Source: a virus (Duplodnaviria > Caudoviricetes). From it: 36,829 nt of DNA. Location of the stretch: positions 1 to 36,829 of the IMG/VR virus record IMGVR_UViG_3300044517_000015; one strand, 5' to 3'. The notes under the pieces are model-generated. The model did not search any database and was not told where the DNA came from. It saw only the letters and a list, made by a program, of their open reading frames with translations. A program made the translations under genes and the position numbers. Of the stretch, positions 17,582 to 26,038 are shown in pieces; the first letter of the stretch is position 1; every line of letters begins with the position of its first letter.

Positions 17582-18280
17582 TCACCACATCATTCCAGTG
17601 GCTACGTCGAGATGCCCGACTTTGATCCTCGTATCGCAGGCAAAGCGATATCCTTCTCGGCCAGCATTCTCGAAAAACCATAAGTCCTGGGTATATTGCT
17701 TGCCGGTTTCCTGCACCGTGCGGAACCAGGGGCCGGGGAGCTTCCTGAACATACTCAGCCGGAAAAGATTGAAACCCATACCCAGGCCATTGCACTCCTG
17801 CAGGCATTCCGGTTTTGGCACCTGTGGTATAAAGTTCTTCGGCATCGTATGCGGATCACCATAAATCATGGGTTGACCACCCTCACCCTTAGTCCAGTAG
17901 AGTCCCCCGACGCAATCGAATTTTTCGATACTCTCGTAAAGTTTCAGGAGTCCATCGGTAGGTGGGGCGTTGTCTTCCTCTGTGGTGAGCAGGTATTTCC
18001 AACCGCGCAGCTCGGGGTGGTCGAGGATCATCTGCACTGCCGCCTGGTAGCCAGCGCCCACTTCTTTGCCCTCAATGAAAAGCGGGCCGACCATCTTTTG
18101 ATTCATCGGTCGCATGAGCCCCATCCATGAGCTGAATATGCGCGTCGGAAGCATTCCCCGGGTAACCGAGATCCATACCGTAGAAAGATCCTGATAACTC
18201 TTCGCCTGGTGCAAGCGATCGCGCGCCAAGCTCAGGTTGGCGTTGTGGAAGCCGATCTGGTCTTCGAGCTTAGGAACCAA
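17582..18280 (-). CDS. GT-A fold (GT2-like) glycosyltransferase
   Basis: YLLTTEEDN (DxD-equivalent), VGGLY, GLGMGFNLF, QDLWFF and D.RIKVGH motifs. Confidence 0.75.
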   Translation of the reverse strand: MVPKLEDQIGFHNANLSLARDRLHQAKSYQDLSTVWISVTRGMLPTRIFSSWMGLMRPMNQKMVGPLFIEGKEVGAGYQAAVQMILDHPELRGWKYLLTTEEDNAPPTDGLLKLYESIEKFDCVGGLYWTKGEGGQPMIYGDPHTMPKNFIPQVPKPECLQECNGLGMGFNLFRLSMFRKLPGPWFRTVQETGKQYTQDLWFFENAGREGYRFACDTRIKVGHLDVATGMMW

Positions 18281-20075
18281 GGCGCCTCCTCAGATCGACC
18301 AGTGATCCCGAAAGCGATACGCACAGATCGCTCAATGAGCGGATGCTCTCCATGGCGGCGGCGACCCCGGCAACATTGATGGTGAGGTTCCCGAAACCCG
18401 CTACTGGCTGGTCAGCAGAAAGAGTCACGCCAGACCCCGCCCATAGTCCCAAAAAGGGTTGGATACCTAAAATAGATGTGCCCAACGTAGCGCCCCCGCT
18501 TAGATGATCCAAAGTAAGAACCCAACCCTGCTGTATGGCATCGATGGTGACGGTAGTGCCAAAGGGGCTGACGGAACTTGCAGTCGTCATGGTTATATTG
18601 CTTCCGGCAGTAACTTCCAGCCTGGGTACATTGATAGTGAGATTGGCGGAACTACTGACGGTAACATTTCCGCTGAACGATACATTCTGCCCCGCTCGAA
18701 GCTGTAAAGCCCCAATGGGCTGGGGCGAGTTAGGCCCAGCCGCGCTTCCGCCCACAGTTGAAGCTGCCAAATAGTTGAACTGGGGATTGGGCAGGCTCAC
18801 CGTCATTCCTGCACTGTCCGTAGCCGTAGTAAAAGTTGAGCCCATCCCTCCCATAGCGAGCTGCAAACGATTTGAAACCGTTGCTGCACCTGCGCCAGCG
18901 ATAAATCCCGCAGCGTTCGCGCTGATCGTAGCCGTAGTTCCAACTGAGTTGGTAGCCTGAGTGATTCCGATATTGTCACTGGCAACGAATGAAACATGAC
19001 CCATGGGGGAGCCGGTGATCGTGGCGGTGGTTCCAGAAATATTGGTAGTTTGCGTGATGCCGATATTTGCTCCCGGAATCAATGACATTTGCGCTCGGAG
19101 GCTGGTCTGATCCCTGGCCCCAATCCATACCTGGGCGACACCGGGGCCATTGTCAAAGAGACTTAAAGCAATATTGCTAGCCGCAAAAAACCCTAGGGTA
19201 GAGATATCGGCAAGGCTCTGTTGCCCAGCCGTTGACCCTCCCGGGCCAAATCCCACCATGGTTACAAGGGGTATTCCGGCGCTTCCGCCGCCGCCGCCTC
19301 CACCGCCCGCGCTGATGGTTGCCGTCGTACCCAGAGAATTGAAATTCTGGATGATGCTGACATTCGCGCCGGGAACGAGGGAAACTGATCTCAACCTTTC
19401 GCCGATGATCGAACAAGTCATCGATCCGGCAGTGGTGCTGTAGGAGAGCGTGATGTTCGAGCCAGCGGCGAGAATAAGCTGATTGCTTACCGTCACCGTG
19501 TCCGTACCCGCAGCACCATTGATGGCGCCAGCGCTCAGCCCGGGAATCCCATTGATCGAGAGGGTCAGGCTATTCTGGCTTAAAGATCCCGAGAGCGATA
19601 TATTCGAGCCACCTGCGAGAATGAGCTGATCGGATACCGTCACTAGATCCGTTGATACTCCGTTTGGCCCGGTGATCGTCGCCCCCAGCGCGCCCCCTAC
19701 CAAGGTAGGCGAGGTCACTATCGAGATCGAAGCAGCCTGGTCGGTAGGTGGAATGGTCAGGATCGGAAGCAGGGCGTTGATGTTTACCGGATCTGGCCCG
19801 CTGATGATGATCCATTGCGGCCCCCATATTAAGCCACCCCCAAAGGCAGTAACCGTAGCGGTGTAGTAAGTCCCGTCAGGACTCAGTTCATCGTTGGCCC
19901 AGACCCTGGCATCCGACTTAAGCGCGCCCTGCTGAGTAAGCGCGAACGACACCTCGCGCGGGGCCACCTGGTTGGTGTTCTTGACCACCGCATCCTGATT
20001 GAGCTTCAGATGCAGTTTTCCCCATTGTGCGAGATTGCCGCGCGCGTCTTGCCAGATGCCGGTGATGAATTTCAC
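18270..20075 (-). CDS. Ser/Thr/Gly-rich tail fibre-like protein
   Basis: GTG 20075 overlaps the upstream TAG; repeated AGxNI(S/T)(L/I)-like motifs; N-terminus paralogous to the collagen fibre. Confidence 0.7.
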   Translation of the reverse strand: MKFITGIWQDARGNLAQWGKLHLKLNQDAVVKNTNQVAPREVSFALTQQGALKSDARVWANDELSPDGTYYTATVTAFGGGLIWGPQWIIISGPDPVNINALLPILTIPPTDQAASISIVTSPTLVGGALGATITGPNGVSTDLVTVSDQLILAGGSNISLSGSLSQNSLTLSINGIPGLSAGAINGAAGTDTVTVSNQLILAAGSNITLSYSTTAGSMTCSIIGERLRSVSLVPGANVSIIQNFNSLGTTATISAGGGGGGGGSAGIPLVTMVGFGPGGSTAGQQSLADISTLGFFAASNIALSLFDNGPGVAQVWIGARDQTSLRAQMSLIPGANIGITQTTNISGTTATITGSPMGHVSFVASDNIGITQATNSVGTTATISANAAGFIAGAGAATVSNRLQLAMGGMGSTFTTATDSAGMTVSLPNPQFNYLAASTVGGSAAGPNSPQPIGALQLRAGQNVSFSGNVTVSSSANLTINVPRLEVTAGSNITMTTASSVSPFGTTVTIDAIQQGWVLTLDHLSGGATLGTSILGIQPFLGLWAGSGVTLSADQPVAGFGNLTINVAGVAAAMESIRSLSDLCVSLSGSLVDLRRRLGS

Positions 20076-21115
20076 TAACCACCTCTGAGCATAGGTAAGT
20101 CTGGGAAGAAAGCTTCGTGCCGTTCCTGCTGCTGGCGTATGCCGAGCGCGCGCGCGATGTCCTGCTGCCACTTGGCATCAGCCCCGGGCGCGCGTGGGTC
20201 TTCGGCGTGATCGAGGGCCTTGGCATACACACCGCTGCGCAGCACATAGGCGAGCTCGTCGGGCCAGGGCGCCCAGTTGTCATCGAGATGAGTCTTGATC
20301 GGCGGACGCAATTGAAAAAAGATCAAGACCCGCCATATCTGCGAGCTCGGAACCGGCCACAGGCGAATCAGAACTTCGTGCATGGTGCTCGGGCCGCAAT
20401 TTTGTATATTTTCGAATTGGACGGTGACCTTGAAAGGCGGCTGTACGATCGACTCCTGCGAAAGCGAAGCCACCACCAGGATCTCACGCACCGGCTTCAC
20501 AAATGCCGTACTGAAAAAATCCTCGAGCGTGGATCGCTCGAGCCAACCAATGTTGTTGATGCCCTGGCCACCATCGTTACTCATGCCGGATGTGGCAAGC
20601 TCGAAGGTGAAACTATTGATCGATGGAACCGTATCGATCATGAATGTCCCGTTGTAGTTCGCCTGTCTGGCACCGGCAATGGTGACAAAATCGCCGGGAG
20701 AGAAGGGAAGCGGCATCTGCGATGTCCCCTTGCCGCGAATGCCAAAGGGGGCAAATCGCGAGTAAGTGGCGAGCACATGGGTGGCATCCAAAGGCATCAG
20801 TCCTGGCGGATCGGTGAATTCCGTATTGAGCTGAACCCATGCCTTGGTGATGCGAGTGCCCGAGATCGAGGTATCGACTATCGCGCTCGTTCCCGATAGC
20901 CAATAATCCTGCTGGTTGGGGATGGTGGTAAATGGCGGCACTTCCCCTTTGTTGAACGTCCAGTTATTCGGGGCGCTCAACAAGGTTTGCAGCGTGTCAT
21001 TGCAAATATCTAACGCAGGCTGATTGGGCACACCTCCAACGTTGACGAGCTGGATCATCCTCGTCCTCGTCCTATTGAAATCGACTACGCTGCGTAATGA
21101 AAGTGTCGAGCTCAC
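20075..21115 (-). CDS. putative head-tail adaptor protein
   Basis: N-terminal A...N...L...NW.FN...QQDY and C-terminal IRLWPVP / WPDELAYVL motifs; position after the head genes. Confidence 0.6.
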   Translation of the reverse strand: MSSTLSLRSVVDFNRTRTRMIQLVNVGGVPNQPALDICNDTLQTLLSAPNNWTFNKGEVPPFTTIPNQQDYWLSGTSAIVDTSISGTRITKAWVQLNTEFTDPPGLMPLDATHVLATYSRFAPFGIRGKGTSQMPLPFSPGDFVTIAGARQANYNGTFMIDTVPSINSFTFELATSGMSNDGGQGINNIGWLERSTLEDFFSTAFVKPVREILVVASLSQESIVQPPFKVTVQFENIQNCGPSTMHEVLIRLWPVPSSQIWRVLIFFQLRPPIKTHLDDNWAPWPDELAYVLRSGVYAKALDHAEDPRAPGADAKWQQDIARALGIRQQQERHEAFFPDLPMLRGG

Positions 21116-21618
21116 GCCGTCTCAAATATGTGAATATTTCCCGCTGGATGCGTGGGAATGCGCACCAGCATCGAATATGCCTGCCATATCTCATCCGACA
21201 GACATTCCTTGCGGATCGGCGAGAAGTCAGTCCCGCAGTGCGGGCAATGGCCTCGCCTATTCCCGTCCGACTGGCTCGCCCAGGCAATCACCGAGCAGCC
21301 CGAGAGCACCGAGCCCGGGAGCTGGAGGTGGTTGCAACTGTGAAAGCGAGCGATCGCGAGCTTGATCTTGTCCTGGTGCATCTGCCGGTTATGCTCGCGC
21401 CACCTCTTGGCGCGAGCTTCAAGTTTTTCGTCTTTAACCGGCTTACGGGCTTCGAGGATGGCGCTGGCAATCACCTGCGCCATCCTGTCGTTTGGCTCAT
21501 CGGGCTCAGGCTTCGGTTCACCTGGCGGGTGCGGGCGCGAGGGATCGGGATGCGGATGGGTCGGATCGTGCGGCTTAGGCGGTTCATGCGGCTTACTGGG
21601 AGTCGAGATTTCAGGCAT
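21112..21618 (-). CDS. hypothetical protein, Pro/His-rich N-terminus and Cys/His cluster
   Basis: KPHEPPKPHDPTHPHP; CNH...HCPHC; AGGAG RBS. Confidence 0.65.
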   Translation of the reverse strand: MPEISTPSKPHEPPKPHDPTHPHPDPSRPHPPGEPKPEPDEPNDRMAQVIASAILEARKPVKDEKLEARAKRWREHNRQMHQDKIKLAIARFHSCNHLQLPGSVLSGCSVIAWASQSDGNRRGHCPHCGTDFSPIRKECLSDEIWQAYSMLVRIPTHPAGNIHIFETA

Positions 21619-21627
21619 GATTTCTCC

Positions 21628-21924
21628 TTACAGTTCAAATACGACCACATTGACTGCGCTTGCAGCGGTTGAAGTAGTGCCGCCCACGCTTATCTGCACC
21701 TGGAGCGGAAAGCCGAGCGATCGCGCGCTAACGGACGGCAGCATGAAGGCGGTGACGGGAGTTCCCAGCGGATCGGAGTACGCCTGGAGCGCGCCCAGTC
21801 CCTTGAACTCCCGCTTAAGATCCAGAGTGGTTGAGGCTGCGAGCGCAACTCCAGAGAAGTACTGCGCCGCTCTCGGCGGAAATACATTTTGTACCCGGTT
21901 CTGCACACTAGGGGCTAATGCCAT
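21628..21924 (-). CDS. small putative virion protein
   Basis: GGAG RBS before ATG 21924; beta-rich; in the head module. Confidence 0.55.
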   Translation of the reverse strand: MALAPSVQNRVQNVFPPRAAQYFSGVALAASTTLDLKREFKGLGALQAYSDPLGTPVTAFMLPSVSARSLGFPLQVQISVGGTTSTAASAVNVVVFEL

Positions 21925-21926
21925 AA

Positions 21927-22727
21927 CTAGACTCCTATAATCGTGAATACCAGCCACCGCGAGTTAGCCGGGATGGTTCCCGTGCCAACTGTGGTGATAG
22001 TTAGAGTAGGTGGGCTGGTAGTTACATCAATCGTCGCGCCCTGGATGCCGAGCGTTGTCGGCAGAGCATTCGAGGTGCCCAATCCGGGGACGATGCCCGG
22101 AAAGCCCGAAGGACTCATGCCGGTGAGCGCCTGTTGCTCGGGAGTGAGCGGCTGCAACGCCAGGATCTGCGGAATACCGGAAGCGATATCGGCGTTATAA
22201 GCCTCAAGCGCCTGCTGATCGACCTGCTGGCGGGACTGGTTCTCGACCGGCATACCCGCGAACTGCGGCTGCAGTTCGGTAATGGTGATCGCCGCTGGCG
22301 TGATCCCGGCCTTCGCTTCCGGCTTCTCGCCATTCTTCTTCTGCGCGCTCGATGCGAAGGGCCCAGGAGCTGCTCCCGGGGGCGCAACCTTGGGCGGAAT
22401 GACAGCCACGGCAATAGGTAACTGCAATTTGGCGAAGAGATCGCCAGCGCCGTGGATAGGAATGTCAGCCGCGAGCGCACCCGCCGCAGTGATATCGGCA
22501 GGATTGGTCAGTAAGAGCCACGCGGGCCCGGGAGCAACCGAGTAATTGGTGGAGAGAGCAACCAGCGGATCGGTGGCCTGCCGGGGTTGAGCTGCTCGCG
22601 ACTGCGGCGGCTGCTGCTTGCCGCCTTCGTGCGGCTTAGATGGTTCGTCTTTCTTCTCGGGCTTGGGCTGGCCGAGGCCCCCGAAGCCTCTGAGCGTCGA
22701 TGATTCGAAATTCGGTGTAGTAGCCAT
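21927..22727 (-). CDS. putative virion/decoration protein
   Basis: 266 aa, P/A/T-rich; GAGG RBS; in the head module. Confidence 0.55.
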   Translation of the reverse strand: MATTPNFESSTLRGFGGLGQPKPEKKDEPSKPHEGGKQQPPQSRAAQPRQATDPLVALSTNYSVAPGPAWLLLTNPADITAAGALAADIPIHGAGDLFAKLQLPIAVAVIPPKVAPPGAAPGPFASSAQKKNGEKPEAKAGITPAAITITELQPQFAGMPVENQSRQQVDQQALEAYNADIASGIPQILALQPLTPEQQALTGMSPSGFPGIVPGLGTSNALPTTLGIQGATIDVTTSPPTLTITTVGTGTIPANSRWLVFTIIGV

Positions 22728-22735
22728 GTTGCCTC

Positions 22736-23215
22736 TCAGTTCTTGAATTTTCTGGTCTGCCGGTCGAAAGCCTCGGAGGCTGACGATTCGTAAATGGGGA
22801 AATGCTGCTGAACTTGCTTCCAGGTTATTAGCCGCAATTTCAGCAGGCGGCGCAGCACCTCGCGCCAGCCATAGTCAACGGGCGGCTTCGTGCCCACCCA
22901 GGCGATGCGATCCGATGCATCGGTAAATACCTGGCTGAACTCGCGCACCATGCCTTTCGCGAAATGGGCCCCGGTATAGCACTTGAGCTGCCCAAGCGAC
23001 GAGGGATAGTACAGGCTGATGCGCTCATGCTTGAATTTGATCGAATCCTCGGCCCAGATAAGCGGGTTCATCAACTTGATGCGGCTGATGAGCTCGTTCG
23101 AGTGGATGGAGATCGCCCGCCGGTCTTTCTTCCACTCGTCCTGGTCGGGAATGCGATCGCGCGCAAGCTGGCGATCGGTGTCCTCATAGAGTCGCGCGAG
23201 CTCCTCATCAGGCAT
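22736..23215 (-). CDS. hypothetical protein
   Basis: AGGAGG RBS before ATG 23215. Confidence 0.65.
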   Translation of the reverse strand: MPDEELARLYEDTDRQLARDRIPDQDEWKKDRRAISIHSNELISRIKLMNPLIWAEDSIKFKHERISLYYPSSLGQLKCYTGAHFAKGMVREFSQVFTDASDRIAWVGTKPPVDYGWREVLRRLLKLRLITWKQVQQHFPIYESSASEAFDRQTRKFKN

Positions 23216-23840
23216 GTACCGATTCCTCCTTGGGTTTTCGCAGAATGTCGCAGTAATAGCCCAGGCGGGTGGCATATACCGCAATCACTCCACTTGGCTC
23301 GATCGGAGTCGAGTCGTAATCAACGCCATTCCCCTCGCCGCACATATATCTCCACATCCATTGCAGCAAAGAGCCATGCAGCACTAACACGATCGGGAAA
23401 GGTTCCTCGAAAGCGATTCCCGTATACTTCAGTAAAGCTGTCATTCCCCGTTCGCCAGCGCTCCCCCAGCTCTCGCCACCGGGAGGAACAATATGTGGCT
23501 GAAGTTTGAGTTTTCGGATTTCCGCGTGATTGGCCGAGATAATTTTGCCTTCCAGATCACTGCCCACATCCCAGCTCCTGAGAAGGATGTCCTGGTGGAC
23601 TTCGAGATGGTGGGGTTCCGCGATAGAAATGGCCGTCTGGTAAGTGCGCTCGAGGTCGTCCGAATAGACGGCACTAAGCTTGATATCACGAAAGAAATCG
23701 GCGAGTTCGCCCGCTTCCTGTTCACCCTCCTGGTTGAGCGCGACATTCTGCGTTCCACGTATCCGTTCCTCGATGTCAAGATCGACCAGGGCATGGCGAA
23801 CTAGATACATGATGATTTCGCCGAATTTAGATTCATCCAT
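23208..23840 (-). CDS. histidine phosphatase (phosphoglycerate-mutase superfamily)
   Basis: YLVRHA, L...G..EA, YSDDLERTYQTA, PGGESW and VLVLHG motifs. Confidence 0.9.
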   Translation of the reverse strand: MDESKFGEIIMYLVRHALVDLDIEERIRGTQNVALNQEGEQEAGELADFFRDIKLSAVYSDDLERTYQTAISIAEPHHLEVHQDILLRSWDVGSDLEGKIISANHAEIRKLKLQPHIVPPGGESWGSAGERGMTALLKYTGIAFEEPFPIVLVLHGSLLQWMWRYMCGEGNGVDYDSTPIEPSGVIAVYATRLGYYCDILRKPKEESVHA

Positions 23841-24832
23841 CAACTGATTGAGCTTTCGGTTCTGATTTCAACAAATCGGGGATGGAGTCCTGCGGCTTGC
23901 GGGACTCGCATGGCGGCATATTTGAAGTTGTAGGCACAGCTTGCACCAATAACTCGCGCTGGGTCAGCCGCACTGGGTTCCCAGTTTCTAACGATAAGTT
24001 GGAAGTTTCGTTGCTCGGGGATTTCTGTAGCTCCGAGAGAAACACTGAATACAGCGTCTTGCCCGACGATGAGGGTTCCGAATGCGGTAAGTCCCGCTGC
24101 CGGGGTGTCCTGGTAGATGCTCGCGGTTGTCGTTTCAATGAACCTCACTCCAGCGATATCGATAACTCGATATCCCTGTACGCCTCTCATTAATTCTTCC
24201 GAACCTTCCTTGTGATACTTGAGTATGTCAATTATGCCCCCGGCCACATTGTCGTTCATTAAGTCAAAAGCAACGACCGGAGATATAATTCCCGCGAAAA
24301 GACCGTCTGCCTGCGGTCTTACATCCAAACCACGGAGATGAAATACAGCCTGTCTTACTAAGGCCGCACTTAGGAACTCATCTACCGCACCCAGTAACAC
24401 GGCTGCGGGATCGGAGGCCGCCTGCGATTCAAACTCCATGCGCGCGAGCGTGTTGGCAGTAAGTGCAGCCCGAAAACCCATTTCCGCTGCGGTATTTTCC
24501 ACGATCGGGTCGATGGCGGTTTCGACTAACAGGTCGGAGAACGACGCGAAATCGAAATACTGATTAACGGTAACGTTACGGATAGAAGTGGTCGGAGCAA
24601 TCCCCGTTCCCACAGTGCCCTCAACCCCTGGCGTGACATTGGCGGGCAGAAGATCGTAACCAAACAATTGCAGAGTCCTACCGTTACGATCCGGTAACTT
24701 CCGACGCGATGTAACCGCCACGAAGGGAAGATTAGGTTTGAGATTTTCAACGGCCACCCTGTCGTAATAGATTGAAGCTAAATGCGTAAGTCCTGATGTG
24801 CTAGTGAGCACACTTGCCGGTTGGTAAGCCAT
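23840..24832 (-). CDS. major capsid protein (N4-gp56-like)
   Basis: YYD...L......F.....LP...G.T, EG, QY.DF..FSD, IAGVRFIET and DP motifs; follows the scaffold gene. Confidence 0.85.
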   Translation of the reverse strand: MAYQPASVLTSTSGLTHLASIYYDRVAVENLKPNLPFVAVTSRRKLPDRNGRTLQLFGYDLLPANVTPGVEGTVGTGIAPTTSIRNVTVNQYFDFASFSDLLVETAIDPIVENTAAEMGFRAALTANTLARMEFESQAASDPAAVLLGAVDEFLSAALVRQAVFHLRGLDVRPQADGLFAGIISPVVAFDLMNDNVAGGIIDILKYHKEGSEELMRGVQGYRVIDIAGVRFIETTTASIYQDTPAAGLTAFGTLIVGQDAVFSVSLGATEIPEQRNFQLIVRNWEPSAADPARVIGASCAYNFKYAAMRVPQAAGLHPRFVEIRTESSIS

Positions 24833-24924
24833 AGCCGCATACCTTTCGTCAACTAGGTTTAGACGACGGCTCCCTTACCCACTTATAAGCGAGTTGGCGT
24901 CTCACTTATTAGCGGTGCCGGGAG

Positions 24925-25731
24925 CTACCTAGCCGATCGCGACTGCCTCCACAACTGCTCAATACGAGCCTTTGCTTCAGCGGGGCTTAACTGCGCAATA
25001 CGCGCAGCTTCGGCATTTACGTCGATCCCTCCACTTTCATCGCCAGTAGGGGCCCGCCCGCCAAGGCTGGGCCTCACAAACGATGGTGGAGCAGAACTTG
25101 GAGGGGGAGCTGGGCGACCCTGTGACTGAACGACAGGTGCAGGCGCCGCAGGTTGAGAGGTCTGACTCAGCTCGCCCCGTAACTCTTCAAAAGCGTAATC
25201 CAGGTTCGCCTTGCTTACTGGATAACCCTGCTCTTGAAGGAATTTAAAAAGCTTTTGCGCGTTCTCATTGGTGGGCACGTAATCGGGATGCCGCTGCACA
25301 AACTCGCTCTGCGCTCGGTACTCGGCTTCCATGCGGCGACGCTCGCCTTCGCGCATACGAAATTCCTCAAGCGACATCCCGGCTTCCGCCTGGAAGATGC
25401 GCCGCACCAGCTCATGAGGATCGGCCTGCAATTGCTGGAGTTCTTCAGCCTTCAATTGCATGGACTGCAGAGGCTGGTAATCGGAGGATTTCTTTTCGGG
25501 CTCGATCCGGCCCCTGCGCTGGGTAGCCAGCTCCTGAAGCTTCTTGGTCGCATTCTCCTGGGCCTCAACCAACTTGTCCACCAGGCCCTCGTAGGTGTCG
25601 GACTCAAACTTCTGCTTGCGCCCGCCTACCTCGATCTCACGCACAAACTTCTGCGGCTGGGCTTCCGCTTCGGTTGCGACCGGCGTCTCGAACTCCTCGG
25701 TGATGCGGATCTTCTCACTGGATGATGTCAT
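24925..25731 (-). CDS. putative capsid scaffolding protein
   Basis: E/Q-rich helical protein with a Pro-rich linker and short C-terminal helix, directly upstream of the capsid gene. Confidence 0.65.
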   Translation of the reverse strand: MTSSSEKIRITEEFETPVATEAEAQPQKFVREIEVGGRKQKFESDTYEGLVDKLVEAQENATKKLQELATQRRGRIEPEKKSSDYQPLQSMQLKAEELQQLQADPHELVRRIFQAEAGMSLEEFRMREGERRRMEAEYRAQSEFVQRHPDYVPTNENAQKLFKFLQEQGYPVSKANLDYAFEELRGELSQTSQPAAPAPVVQSQGRPAPPPSSAPPSFVRPSLGGRAPTGDESGGIDVNAEAARIAQLSPAEAKARIEQLWRQSRSAR

Positions 25732-26038
25732 CTTGTCTCTCGTAAAATTTCGCGATCATCTGCTGAATGGCCAAGCGATCGTTCATGTCCGAAGCCTGCC
25801 GTACCGAATCTTCCATGGTCGCCTGAAATTCCTTGATGGCTTTCAATCGCTCGCGCACCGTCCAGGCAGCATCCGGCGTTAAGTTTTCGCGCAGGTAATA
25901 CTCGTTCAGCCGGTCGATCCGCCGCCGCGCGAGCTGGCAATAGATCGGCCAAGCGGGCGACGCAAACAGATCCCTGAGCGCGATGGCCTCGTCAAAGTTG
26001 CGCAGAATGTCCTCGAGCTCCTGCTTTGAAAAACTCAT
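25715..26038 (-). CDS. small helical protein after portal
   Basis: ATGA overlap with the portal stop; L..L..SPAW motif. Confidence 0.65.
   Translation of the reverse strand: MSFSKQELEDILRNFDEAIALRDLFASPAWPIYCQLARRRIDRLNEYYLRENLTPDAAWTVRERLKAIKEFQATMEDSVRQASDMNDRLAIQQMIAKFYERQDDIIQ

Noticed and set aside
24833-24870. Stem-loop over the capsid ribosome-binding region
   Set aside because: Only two 4-bp helices (GCCG/CGGC and CGTC/GACG); too weak to call without covariation data.
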